Below are positions 1 through 9,671 of a stretch of 64,000 nt of DNA, piece after piece. The notes beneath the pieces were generated by a model, which searched no databases, was not told where the DNA came from, and worked only from the letters and a program-made list of their open reading frames with translations. Within the stretch, counting starts at the first letter, position 1; each line of letters starts with the position of its first letter. The translations under genes were made by a program, and so were the position numbers. Source of the DNA: Minisyncoccia bacterium (lineage in GTDB: Bacteria; Patescibacteriota; Minisyncoccia; 2-02-FULL-40-12; IGHO2-01-FULL-4-A); the NCBI GenBank assembly GCA_050015375.1, contig JBEKBN010000003.1, positions 16,127 through 80,126 of the forward strand, in the 5' to 3' direction.

Positions 1-790
1 TTGGCTTATGGATACCCTTAATCCAAATTCCACTTCCACTCGGATATTCAAATGAGCCGTAATAAAACGGACTACTGAAAACATGATAAAGCGTATTTCG
101 GCTCATCTCTTTTCCGGCTGGCCGTTTCTTTGTCGGCGGCATTTTGAATTTCCACTCTTCGTTGGCAATCTCGACTATTTTCGGAACGGTGTAGTTCCCC
201 GTGAGCATCATATCAAACATCCTTCTGACCGTATCAAATCGCTCCTGGTCAACCAAGATGGTTTTGGTGCCCCGTTCTGCATATTTGTCGTTTGTATAGC
301 CAACTGGTGCTGGTGCTGGATATATGCCCGCTTGAACCTTAGCCCTTAACCCTCTTTTTACATCCTCGCCCTTATTATCATTTTCGAGTTTGGCCTGACT
401 GCAGAAAAGGTTGAGCAGGAATTTGTCATTTGGCGTGTTACGGAATGTTTGGCCTGGCGTCCGGACTTCGTGCAATTTACCAATGTCGAAAAGATAAACG
501 ATTTTGCCTGTATCAACCGAATTTCGAGAAATACGGCTTGGATTCCAAACTAGCAGGCCATTGGCTTCTCCCTGCTCAATCCGTTCGACCATCTTATTGA
601 ATATCGGCCTGCCTGGGTATTTGGCCGAGTGAGATTCTTCCAAAATTTCAATTATATTCAGTCCTTCTCTCTTTGCCAGTTCGCCAAGTTCCGATTTCTG
701 GGAATCAATAGACGCAACCTGTCGGTCTTCTTGCTCCGAAGATTTGCGAGGATATTCAAAGTATTTAATTTTACCTGGTTCTTGTTTCAT
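1..790 (-). CDS. Large serine recombinase (resolvase + recombinase domains), 3' end outside window
   Basis: Manual translation from ATG at 790 gives MKQEPGKIKYFEYPRKSSEQEDRQVASIDSQ...GRPIFNKM...WNPSRISRN, the serine recombinase catalytic motifs. Missing from the ORF track because it is truncated by the window edge. Confidence 0.9.
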   Translation of the reverse strand, partial: MKQEPGKIKYFEYPRKSSEQEDRQVASIDSQKSELGELAKREGLNIIEILEESHSAKYPGRPIFNKMVERIEQGEANGLLVWNPSRISRNSVDTGKIVYLFDIGKLHEVRTPGQTFRNTPNDKFLLNLFCSQAKLENDNKGEDVKRGLRAKVQAGIYPAPAPVGYTNDKYAERGTKTILVDQERFDTVRRMFDMMLTGNYTVPKIVEIANEEWKFKMPPTKKRPAGKEMSRNTLYHVFSSPFYYGSFEYPSGSGIWIKGIHKP

Positions 791-799
791 AAACTAAAA

Positions 800-860
800 G
801 GGGGCCCTGGTTGCCCAATCCACTTGCTCCCAAAGGAGTAGCCATACTGGCAGGGCCCCC
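800..860. promoter_or_regulatory. GC-rich stem-loop between rep and recombinase (possible origin or leader)
   Basis: gggggccctg (800-809) pairs with cagggccccc (851-860), with an internal hairpin. Confidence 0.4.
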
Positions 861-939
861 GTTTAGGGGCACTATGGCTAATAAAAAACCTTTGGGAAAA
901 CTTATGGATTTAGGCAACATAACCATTATACCATATTGG

Positions 940-2142
940 TTACACTTGCCAATCATATTTATCAAATTTTTCCACAGTTATCTGTATGTCGCTTATTACA
1001 TGGCTGGGTGCTAATTCTTTCAAAATTCCAGCCGTCCTTTTGATTTTGAACGATAACCTTTGCCAGCTTTTCGGCGTCCAGTTTTTTTCGATTTTGTCTC
1101 TGAATTTCCGAGACCCGCACCTATTCACGAGAGTATAAATGGCGAAATCCTGCAATGCCTTATTCAGCGAATGGGCTTTTTTCTTACCTATTTCGATATA
1201 GCTTTTAATGATTGCATCAAAAATCTCATCTGCCGGACTGTCGATTTTCAGGGCGAGTTGGCTCGCCGGATTCTTTGTAATCTCACTCCAAACTTTTAAC
1301 ATAACCTTCCTGCACAAATCCTTATTGAAGATTTCCTCGAATGTTATGGCCTTAACCTTTTTGCCTATTATGTCCGAAATGAAAGCATTGAGCTTTTGCT
1401 GTTTTGCTAACCTAGCCTCGAATCGAAGTAGCTCTTGGTTATGAGCCCTGCTTTCGACAATCATCCTTTCCTGTTTGAATTTATCTTTATCTACTGCTTT
1501 ATTTTTTGGCGTTGCAATGTCTCTCAATTTATCGTAAAAGACAACCTGATATGACGAAGAATAGAAATATAGAGCTTGACCGCCGTTTTCATAATGTCGA
1601 ATACTGATGTGCTTGCCTCTGCCAATATCTGCCTTATATAGTTCAGAAATGGCGTCTTGGGATGTTATTGGACTTTGCAAAGGTATGTTTTTTCCGAAGT
1701 GAGCTTTGGTAACTATGGCCTGACGAATAGCGTTATCCGTTAAAACCACACTCATTTTTTGAAGTTGGAATTTTAATGTGCTAATAACTCGCTCGAAGTC
1801 GCTATTAGACAGTTCTTGCAAACTTTGTTTGAAAAGAAGTTTTGGAATTGAAAACTCAACGATAAGGTCAAAATATGGTTTATTCTCGTCATCGCATCTC
1901 ATGTAACCGGTCAGGCGGGGTTTATAATCTTCCAGTTGTTTATCGTGCAATGTCGGGTTTTGCTTGAATGTCTTGTAACGATTGAAACCAAAACTAAAGT
2001 AACTATCCTGGCTTAGTTTTTGAATATCAAAAGCCGGTGTGAAAAGATTCGGGTTTGAAACCTTGAAATCGGGGTATCTTATTCTTAATGCGACTGTATC
2101 AAGCATGTTATCTTTTATTTTTTGTTTGTTTGGAGTATTCAT
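940..2142 (-). CDS. Phage/plasmid rolling-circle replication initiation protein (gene II/X-like)
   Basis: Motif pattern MLDTVAL, FSIPKLL, LYF..VVFYDKL, LLRFEARL; adjacent to a recombinase. Confidence 0.6.
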   Translation of the reverse strand: MNTPNKQKIKDNMLDTVALRIRYPDFKVSNPNLFTPAFDIQKLSQDSYFSFGFNRYKTFKQNPTLHDKQLEDYKPRLTGYMRCDDENKPYFDLIVEFSIPKLLFKQSLQELSNSDFERVISTLKFQLQKMSVVLTDNAIRQAIVTKAHFGKNIPLQSPITSQDAISELYKADIGRGKHISIRHYENGGQALYFYSSSYQVVFYDKLRDIATPKNKAVDKDKFKQERMIVESRAHNQELLRFEARLAKQQKLNAFISDIIGKKVKAITFEEIFNKDLCRKVMLKVWSEITKNPASQLALKIDSPADEIFDAIIKSYIEIGKKKAHSLNKALQDFAIYTLVNRCGSRKFRDKIEKNWTPKSWQRLSFKIKRTAGILKELAPSHVISDIQITVEKFDKYDWQV

Positions 2143-2201
2143 TGTTGGTTTAATTAGCTAATTTTGTTGTCCAGAAATTTCTGGGAATACTCCAGCCAAT
2201 C

Positions 2202-2408
2202 TCATTCCGAGGGTTTTTCCTGTCTTTCTGTTGAGGGTTCCAATGCGTTTTTAATCGGGCCCGCTTCTTGCTCGCCGTAAACGATTTTGTAAAGATTGAC
2301 TAGGTTATTCGCACGAAAAGACGCCTCGGCATCAGTAAGCTGGATTTTGAACCTTTTTTGGTATAGATTCTTAAACTCTTCGATTGCTTCTTTGGGCAAC
2401 AGGCTCAT
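2202..2408 (-). CDS. Small element-associated protein
   Basis: 68 aa, EAIEEFKNLY...LTDAEA; resembles 8466..8681. Confidence 0.65.
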   Translation of the reverse strand: MSLLPKEAIEEFKNLYQKRFKIQLTDAEASFRANNLVNLYKIVYGEQEAGPIKNALEPSTERQEKPSE

Positions 2409-2522
2409 ACTTCAATCGTATCTAGGCCGAGCCGTTGCCTGACATAATCTCAAGGTATTTTTAGGAACAAAAAAACGGCTATTTTAGCCGTTTTCAATTT
2501 GCGTTATTAACAGTAGCTTAGG

Positions 2523-3752
2523 TTATCTTGTGAGTATCTTTATCTTTATACCTGGGCTGATACGATAACCGCTTCCCTGTTTACCATCTAAAAGTTTTAA
2601 TTTGAGTTTGCGTTTTGTTATTCCGTTAATTTTTCCCTTCTCACTCCTAACATAATCAACATCTTTGCCAAGAGATATAGCAAGTTCCTTTGTCGGAAAA
2701 TAATCGCTTGTTTTAGCCTGGTGTTTAACCAATAATTTAATGATATTAAGTCTTTCTCGTGATTCCATCATCGGATAACAGTATTTACTTTTTGGCTCTC
2801 TCCATAAATCGCCGGATTTATCAAGGTTGAGAGCAAACTCCAATTTGTCGCTTTTCGTATCTTGAGTTTTCTCATCTTTCAGGGTCAGCTCCTTCAGAAG
2901 GTAAGTATGTGCTCTGGTTGCAAACCATCTAAATTTATCAATCGTTAAGTAATGAATAGCAGTTGATTGCGGATGATGGCCTAAACTCATTTCACTCATA
3001 ATCCTTAATTCCTCAATGGCAAATATGATATCAACCACTTCCTTTGTTTCCAGATAACTCCGGCTTTTTTCGGAAAACATTTTTATTGCCTCTGCAAAAG
3101 TAGTGTTTTTTGTTATTTCAGAAAACGCCTTTTGAAATATAAAAAATGCGTCAAAAGATGGCCACAATTCGAATCCCTTTTCCCTTTCAATAACTTGCGT
3201 CTTTTCCCATCTGCGGGGAAGAGTTTTAGAAAAAATAAAATTACCTCTTATATTGCGAAAAGCTATTGGGTGGTATTCACGATATTTGTCATCAGATACA
3301 ATGAATTGTTTTACTAATTCCCGATGACCTTGTTCACTGATACTAGCGGCAATTTCAAACAGGTAACCCTCTAAAGCGTCTGACTTAAAGTTGTGGCTAC
3401 TTATTTCTCCCTTTTCAAATCTTCTCAACTCATCAAGCAGATTTTCTGAATAACCAGGAACTGCTGGCCAATGAGGCTTAAATGAATCTGAAGGCATACC
3501 GTTGTCCTTGATGATTTTCAGTAATATATTTTTTGCCCCATTTAATTCCTCAAGAGATTTTTGTTCCAACTTATTTATCTCCTCATATTCTTCATGTTTT
3601 TTTTGTAATACTTTTTCGGCTATTTCCTTAAGTGCAGGAGTTTCCAAAATATAACCAATATAATCAGCTAATCCGGTAAAAAACTCCATCGGCAGATTTC
3701 GGTCAATGAATAACTTATAATATCTATCTAGGTTTTCAGATATTGAGGTCAT
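2523..3752 (-). CDS. Hypothetical protein with probable C-terminal winged HTH
   Basis: 409 aa ORF; C-terminus TKELAISLG...VRSEKGKIN...GKQGSGYRI. Confidence 0.6.
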   Translation of the reverse strand: MTSISENLDRYYKLFIDRNLPMEFFTGLADYIGYILETPALKEIAEKVLQKKHEEYEEINKLEQKSLEELNGAKNILLKIIKDNGMPSDSFKPHWPAVPGYSENLLDELRRFEKGEISSHNFKSDALEGYLFEIAASISEQGHRELVKQFIVSDDKYREYHPIAFRNIRGNFIFSKTLPRRWEKTQVIEREKGFELWPSFDAFFIFQKAFSEITKNTTFAEAIKMFSEKSRSYLETKEVVDIIFAIEELRIMSEMSLGHHPQSTAIHYLTIDKFRWFATRAHTYLLKELTLKDEKTQDTKSDKLEFALNLDKSGDLWREPKSKYCYPMMESRERLNIIKLLVKHQAKTSDYFPTKELAISLGKDVDYVRSEKGKINGITKRKLKLKLLDGKQGSGYRISPGIKIKILTR

Positions 3753-3848
3753 TTTCTATACCCTAGCAATTTGTGGCTAATTTCTCAATGTTGTCCTTGA
3801 GAACTTGTAGTTGCTTTATTTTTGGTCAAATTTAGGTTATTTTATATT

Positions 3849-4046
3849 TGTGCACCCACAATTATAGATTTCCCTTGTTTTGGTCTCGGAGGGCTGTCCC
3901 TTCTGTCCGATTTGCGGACGGAAACGGGGCAGTTAACCTCCACAAATCGGAACCCTTCGGGCTAACGAGGAACAGTGGGTGCACAGGTTAGCTGTCCCTT
4001 TTTTGATATAAGCGAAAGGACAACTTAAAAAGCATAGCGTGCACCT
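3849..4046 (+). ncRNA. Candidate structured 5' leader of the methyltransferase operon
   Basis: Nested stems tgtgcacccac/gtgggtgcaca, ccttgtt/aacgagg, tcggaggg/cccttcgg, ccgatttg/caaatcgg, with G-U pairs on the + strand. Confidence 0.5.
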
Positions 4047-5888
4047 ATGCCCAGATTACAGAAAAATGCCGTCAAGGATGAGGTCAATATTCAAAACCAG
4101 ACCAATGGCAGTTTTGTAGTTCCTGACGAGCCGGAGATTCCCGTTCAAGAAGAGTTTTATCAAATGCCGACAAGGTTCGGCAATGTGCCGGTAGATAAAG
4201 CTCCTCTTGGCTGGGATGAGCAAAGAAGATTTGAGAAAGTTTATCCCAGGGTCTCGCTGCCTTTTCAGCAAATTGAGAGGGTCTCTTTTGGTCATCCGGA
4301 GCTTGAACCAAACAAGCTTTTTTTTGGTGATAATTTACATGTAATGCGAATGTTGCCATCCAAGTCAATTGACCTTATTTATATTGACCCGCCGTTTTTC
4401 TCTGGCCGAAATTACAACATCCTCTATGGCGATAAAAATGAGCTTCGTTCTTTCAGAGATATTTGGGAGGGCGGTATGCCTGGCTATTTGATTTGGCTTA
4501 ATGCTCGGCTGTTCGAGATGAAGCGATTACTTAAAGATACCGGCTCAATTTATGTTCATCTCGATTGGCACGCAAGCCATTATGTGAAAATGGAGATGGA
4601 TAAGATATTCGGATACGATAATTTTAGAAATGAAATAATCTGGCGTTATCGAACTGGCAATATTTCTAAAAAGCAATTCCAAAGAAAGCACGACGCAATA
4701 CTACTTTATTCAAAATCACAAGATTGGAAATATAATATCCAGATGCTCAAGGAATATTATGTTCAAGTATTTGGCCCAGATAAGAAGATAAGTTTCAAGA
4801 GTGCGGGCGAACAAGAAGATAAATATGGAAAGTTTAGGATGAGTCAGGTTGATGATGTATGGGATATTTCGGCCGTCTTTACACTAGGAAAGGAGCACAT
4901 TGGTTATCCGACACAAAAACCAGAAGCACTTTTAGAGCGAATCATTAACGCCTCTTCAGATAAGGGCGATGTTGTTGCTGACTTCTTTTGCGGCGGTGGC
5001 ACTACTGCGGTTGTTGCCCAAAGATTGGGACGAAAATGGATTACTTCAGATATTTCCCGTGTCGCCATAGCCATAACCGCTGACCGATTATCTAACGCCG
5101 TCGTGGAGGGAGACAAGGATGGACAAAGAAAAATACAGCAATCTTTAATTGATGAAATTCCAGATTTTGTTATCGAGCACTGGGGTATATATGAAATTCA
5201 AAAACTGGGCAAAATGAAGCCGTTACAATTCAGAAAGTTTATCATCGAAGCATATAATGGCCGTCCCGATACGACGTCTGACAATATACACGGATATAAA
5301 AATGGCGAACCGCTTTTTGTTGGAGACCCAGAGCCGGATGACCGAATTTCCAAAGAGGAAGTTGTTGCTTTTGCCAAAACAATTCTTACCAAAAAAGGCA
5401 TACATAGAGGCACTATGCTTGGCTGGGCTTTCAGTCCGGATGCCAGAGTTGTAGCCGAAAAATTAGCGGCCAGAGAAGGTATCACTTTGGATTTTGTGAA
5501 GCTCAATTTGATACCCATAGATTCACCGGAATTTAAGAGCCATATCACCGATAAAAACCCGTCTTATGTTGATTTGGTTTCATTCATTTTACCGCCTTTG
5601 ATTAGATTTGGTTTCCATAAAACCGGAGCTTTGAAATACGAGTTTGATGTTTCCGAATCAACCTCGATGAACTCCAATGGCAGGATAATCAATGTCCAGT
5701 GGGATTTTGATTATAGAAACCGATTTAGCTCAACTCATGGCTACTCGTTTTTACGAGGTAAAAAGAATGAGTCTTTATTGAAAACAGAATACACTTTTTC
5801 ATCGGCTGGCAAGAGGAAAATAGCTTGCAGAGTTCAAGATGACTTGGGCGGTGAAGCAACCTTAATAAAAGAAATTGATGTTGAATAA
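4047..5888 (+). CDS. Type III-like DNA methyltransferase (N6/N4, beta class) with C-terminal extension
   Basis: IYIDPPF, YPTQKPEALLERII and DFFCGGGTT motifs. Confidence 0.92.
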   Translation: MPRLQKNAVKDEVNIQNQTNGSFVVPDEPEIPVQEEFYQMPTRFGNVPVDKAPLGWDEQRRFEKVYPRVSLPFQQIERVSFGHPELEPNKLFFGDNLHVMRMLPSKSIDLIYIDPPFFSGRNYNILYGDKNELRSFRDIWEGGMPGYLIWLNARLFEMKRLLKDTGSIYVHLDWHASHYVKMEMDKIFGYDNFRNEIIWRYRTGNISKKQFQRKHDAILLYSKSQDWKYNIQMLKEYYVQVFGPDKKISFKSAGEQEDKYGKFRMSQVDDVWDISAVFTLGKEHIGYPTQKPEALLERIINASSDKGDVVADFFCGGGTTAVVAQRLGRKWITSDISRVAIAITADRLSNAVVEGDKDGQRKIQQSLIDEIPDFVIEHWGIYEIQKLGKMKPLQFRKFIIEAYNGRPDTTSDNIHGYKNGEPLFVGDPEPDDRISKEEVVAFAKTILTKKGIHRGTMLGWAFSPDARVVAEKLAAREGITLDFVKLNLIPIDSPEFKSHITDKNPSYVDLVSFILPPLIRFGFHKTGALKYEFDVSESTSMNSNGRIINVQWDFDYRNRFSSTHGYSFLRGKKNESLLKTEYTFSSAGKRKIACRVQDDLGGEATLIKEIDVE

Positions 5889-5890
5889 AT

Positions 5891-7879
5891 ATGTTTAATT
5901 CATTTCTACCATACGAAAAACAATTCCGAACTTGGATTGATAACAAGTTCCAACACGAGAAAATCAAACCCGAAACTAGGGAGTTCATTTTGCATATCTT
6001 GAATCCGGAACGAGAAAGAAAGCTTTGGCCAAATCAACAGGAAGGAATTTTGCGGGCAATTTTTGCGTATGAGGTTCTCGGTAAGAAAACCCTGTTGCTC
6101 AACATAGTTACCGGTGGCGGTAAAACAGCAATCATTGCCGGTGTCATTGCTTGGCTTCGGATGGCTCATCAGATAAGACATTTCATCATCCTTAACCCGA
6201 ATGTAATCGTCAGGGACAGATTAGAGCAGGACTTTAGAAAGGCAAAGATTTTCAGAGATTTTAAGTTTTTCCCAGCCGTTTATTCAAATCTATTAGACGA
6301 CTTGGATTTGCATATTCTTGGCGACAAACAAGCTCCGCAAGGCATGCTTGAATCTGGTGTCGTTTTGGGTAACATACAACAGCTCTATAGCAGAGGCGGT
6401 AAGGTTAGCCGTAACCTTGCCTACATAATGAATTTTCTTGGCGACTTGGCCGTTTTCAATGATGAGGCTCACAATACGCCGGCTCCGGAATATACGAATA
6501 TCTTGATGCAGTTGGCAAAGAAATCAAAGTTTCGTCTTGATACAACAGCAACGCCGGATAGAGCTGACAATCAAAACCCAGATTCAGAAATGATTTATGA
6601 ATATGGCATCCAAGATGCCCTGGCTGATGACCTCGTTAAATCTGTTGTTGTATATCAGCCGGACATAAGACGAGTTGAGCTTACTTATACAGATGTGGAT
6701 ACTGGCAAGAAAGCGAAGGTTGAAGAGATTGACTGGGATGAAATAGATAAAAGAGGTATCAGCGCAACTCAATGGGTTACAGATGATAAGCCGTTAAAAC
6801 AACAAATCAAAATAGCCATCCAAAGGCTGGACGAGCAAAAAGAGAGGGCCAAAGGACGATATAAACCGGTTCTGTTTGTTGTGGCTGTTTGTATCAGGGA
6901 TGCCAAAAATGTTGTGAGTGTCATGGAAAAGAAATTTGGCCTAAAAACCCTCTTGGTTACAGAGGAATCCGAAGAAGCACAGAGGAGAGAGGCGGCTCAC
7001 ATTGGCCATCTGGATAGCCCCTACGATGCTGTGGTAAGCGTTTTAATGCTCCGTGAGGGTTGGGATGTGCCTCAAGTATCGGTTATCATATTATTGCGTA
7101 AATTCTCATCACGGGTCTACGGCCAACAGGTAATTGGCAGAGGTTTACGGAAGGTCATCAGAGAGGGCGATGAGCGGGAGATATTGGCGGTTGTTGACCA
7201 TCCAAAACTTGAACACGGCTGGTTGTGGAAATTGGTTGGAGCGAGAATTAAAAAGGATGTATCGGTTGATGATAAATTTGATGTTGAAGAAGATTTGCCG
7301 GAGAGACAACAGAAACAAGAGCTGATTGACCCAGATAAACTGATTGAGGTTCCGGAACTTGAAGGCGAAATTGAACCGAATTTTGATGATTTGTTGCAAG
7401 AGATAAAAGAAGTTCCGGTTACTGAAGATTGGCCAAAGATACTCGATGCTGTAGTTTATCCGAGAAACAAGGTTGAGATTACTGGTCTGAAATTACGAGG
7501 CATCAGAAAAATGGATTTGGGTGGTAAGCAATATGTTGAATACGAACCAACGGAAGATGAAGAAGAAAAAACAATCGAAACACAAGAACAGGAAACAACA
7601 TATTCACTCGATGACTTGCGGGAAGAACTGAAGGAAGAAGTTTTAGAACTTGGCTCTGAATTGCTTTTCATGATGGGTTTCGGTTCAATTTACAAAGAGC
7701 TACTTTACAACACGATAATGAATCACATTGATAAAAGATTATTTAATGGAAAGACACTCGGTTTAGCAGAACAAAAAGATTTGGAATTTGCTTTGTATAA
7801 ATTACCGGAAATAAGACGGGTATTTATGAGGCCTGGTTTAGTGCCGAGTATCATCCGTTATCCCAATGCAACAGAGTGA
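5891..7879 (+). CDS. Type III Res-like SF2 helicase/ATPase
   Basis: TGGGKT, DEAH, TATP, LREGWD and QVIGRGLR motifs. Confidence 0.9.
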   Translation: MFNSFLPYEKQFRTWIDNKFQHEKIKPETREFILHILNPERERKLWPNQQEGILRAIFAYEVLGKKTLLLNIVTGGGKTAIIAGVIAWLRMAHQIRHFIILNPNVIVRDRLEQDFRKAKIFRDFKFFPAVYSNLLDDLDLHILGDKQAPQGMLESGVVLGNIQQLYSRGGKVSRNLAYIMNFLGDLAVFNDEAHNTPAPEYTNILMQLAKKSKFRLDTTATPDRADNQNPDSEMIYEYGIQDALADDLVKSVVVYQPDIRRVELTYTDVDTGKKAKVEEIDWDEIDKRGISATQWVTDDKPLKQQIKIAIQRLDEQKERAKGRYKPVLFVVAVCIRDAKNVVSVMEKKFGLKTLLVTEESEEAQRREAAHIGHLDSPYDAVVSVLMLREGWDVPQVSVIILLRKFSSRVYGQQVIGRGLRKVIREGDEREILAVVDHPKLEHGWLWKLVGARIKKDVSVDDKFDVEEDLPERQQKQELIDPDKLIEVPELEGEIEPNFDDLLQEIKEVPVTEDWPKILDAVVYPRNKVEITGLKLRGIRKMDLGGKQYVEYEPTEDEEEKTIETQEQETTYSLDDLREELKEEVLELGSELLFMMGFGSIYKELLYNTIMNHIDKRLFNGKTLGLAEQKDLEFALYKLPEIRRVFMRPGLVPSIIRYPNATE

Positions 7880-8213
7880 ACACGGCGTATTTGAACACCC
7901 AACAAAAAGTCCTTTCTCGCTGGAAAAATATGATTCTCGCTGGGAGCGGGAATATATGGATGAGCTGGAGTTATATTCTGATGTCGCTAAATGGACTAAA
8001 AGCCACAACATCAGGATTCCTTATGTGGACGATGCGGGATATAGGAAATTCTTTGAACCGGATTTCTTGGTTGAAAAAATTGACGGCACAAAGGAAATTC
8101 ATGAGATTAAAGGTAGCCATTTAATGAACCGAGAAACCGAATTGAAAGTGAATGCGGCCAAGCTGTTTTGCGAGGCAAGAAATATGAAATTTCGCCTGAT
8201 TACAAAGCAATGA
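7866..8213 (+). CDS. TnsA-N-like PD-(D/E)XK endonuclease (stand-alone restriction nuclease subunit)
   Basis: YDSRWE...IPY...FEPDFLV...EIKG; overlaps the end of the helicase gene. Confidence 0.8.
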   Translation: MQQSEHGVFEHPTKSPFSLEKYDSRWEREYMDELELYSDVAKWTKSHNIRIPYVDDAGYRKFFEPDFLVEKIDGTKEIHEIKGSHLMNRETELKVNAAKLFCEARNMKFRLITKQ

Positions 8214-8458
8214 AAACCTTTGCTGAAGAACTTAAAGAACTCAACGAGCATGGTAATAAAATGACAGAAGAAATAAATCGGTTACTTTTCGTTATTAAAA
8301 ATACTCCCGATACTAATAAAGCAAAGGCCCTCATGTCCAAAGCTGATGAGCTTTTTACTTCATTTGACCAAAAAATGAAAGATTTTGATTCAAAACACGG
8401 CGATGAACTTAAAAGATTGGTGAAATATCTTGATGATAAAAAACGGAGCAGAAACTAA
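8210..8458 (+). CDS. Hypothetical helical protein
   Basis: ATG at 8210 overlaps the upstream stop codon. Confidence 0.55.
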   Translation: MKTFAEELKELNEHGNKMTEEINRLLFVIKNTPDTNKAKALMSKADELFTSFDQKMKDFDSKHGDELKRLVKYLDDKKRSRN

Positions 8459-8465
8459 TTCAGAA

Positions 8466-8681
8466 ATGATTTCAGAAGAGGCATTAGACGAATTTAAGAG
8501 CATTTGGAAAGAGGAATACAATGAGGACATTTCAGATGATTTTGCGATGGAAACAGCTACCGCACTGCTAACCATGATGAACCATATTTATAGACCAGTT
8601 AAGAAAAGCTGGCTCAAGGAGTTTGAAGAACAAAATGGTGAAACAAAAGTCGAAGAGAACAAAATCGAAAAAATAAAATGA
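8466..8681 (+). CDS. Small element-associated protein (paralog of 2202..2408)
   Basis: MISEEALDEFKSIWKEEYNEDISDDFA. Confidence 0.6.
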   Translation: MISEEALDEFKSIWKEEYNEDISDDFAMETATALLTMMNHIYRPVKKSWLKEFEEQNGETKVEENKIEKIK

Positions 8682-8815
8682 AACCCTTTATCAGATTAGT
8701 CATAGGATTAGCGGCGTTATTTTTCATAACAATTATGTCGGCCATTTTTGGCGTAGGCGGTTTTCTCTTTACGGTTGGACTATACGCCGTCATTTATTTT
8801 GCCTTTGCGAAATAG
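8678..8815 (+). CDS. Small two-TM membrane protein
   Basis: 45 aa hydrophobic ORF; ATGA overlap with the upstream stop. Confidence 0.45.
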   Translation: MKPFIRLVIGLAALFFITIMSAIFGVGGFLFTVGLYAVIYFAFAK

Positions 8816-8958
8816 TGGATAGCAAGGTGGGGTAAATTGAGTATTTATAGCATTTTATGCTATTATGATTTTAGAAATGCAAAAACAATACTTCAGAAAC
8901 TAAAACCGCCCAACGAAGAACCGCATAATCTCTGCGGCTTCTTGGCGGTTTTTTGTTT

Positions 8959-9030
8959 GCCTTTGTAGCTCAACGGCCAGAGCACGCCTCTGAAAAGGGC
9001 GGGAAAGAGGTTCAACTCCTCTCAAAGGCA
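8959..9030 (+). tRNA. tRNA-Phe(GAA)
   Basis: GCCTTTG/CAAAGGC acceptor, GCTC/GAGC D-stem, loop CTGAAAA, T-loop TTCAACT. Confidence 0.88.
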
Positions 9031-9033
9031 CAC

Positions 9034-9106
9034 GCCCTCGTAGCTCAATGGACAGAGCGGGACGCTTCTATCGTCAAGGTTGCAGGTTCAAGTCCTGCCG
9101 AGGGCA
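9034..9106 (+). tRNA. tRNA-Arg(TCT)
   Basis: GCCCTCG/CGAGGGC acceptor, loop CTTCTAT, GCAGG-TTCAAGT-CCTGC. Confidence 0.9.
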
Positions 9107-9341
9107 CTCTAATAAAATAATAAAATTGGACTCATACCAAAATCATAGCGGTATGTTACAAGGAGAAGACATTAGCCAAAATGGACATCTGGGGATAACT
9201 ATTTTGTTGGTAATTATGTCTCGTTTAGTATAAAATATAGGATAGCAATACTTCGTGATTTTTGTTCTATTTTTATGTGGGACATTGACATTTTTTATTC
9301 TCTTGCTAAATTAAAGCACTATTAGTTTAATGTAAGATATT

Positions 9342-9671
9342 ATGCCCACTAAATCAGCATCCATACAAGCTATTGACTTAACGAGAGCCGTTTTTGAGTC
9401 TATACACGGTAATATCGGGTTACTTAAGTTTAATGTTGAAGAACTTACCCCCAAGAACGGAAAGAACGGAGAGGATTCAAAAAAATGGGAAATAGTTTGT
9501 AGTTTTTTAGAAACCCTTGGAAGTTCATCACAATCTCGCTATAGGGTATTTGTCGATTTGAATGATAGAACCGTAACTATCAAGAAACTAAGCAGTGGGC
9601 AGGGAGAGGCTGGATTAAATGAGCCGGAGAAAAAGTTTGTTGTTACAGAAGAAAAAGAGGAGAAAAAATAA
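9342..9671 (+). CDS. Hypothetical protein, partner of PIN protein
   Basis: 109 aa ORF whose stop overlaps the next start. Confidence 0.65.
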   Translation: MPTKSASIQAIDLTRAVFESIHGNIGLLKFNVEELTPKNGKNGEDSKKWEIVCSFLETLGSSSQSRYRVFVDLNDRTVTIKKLSSGQGEAGLNEPEKKFVVTEEKEEKK

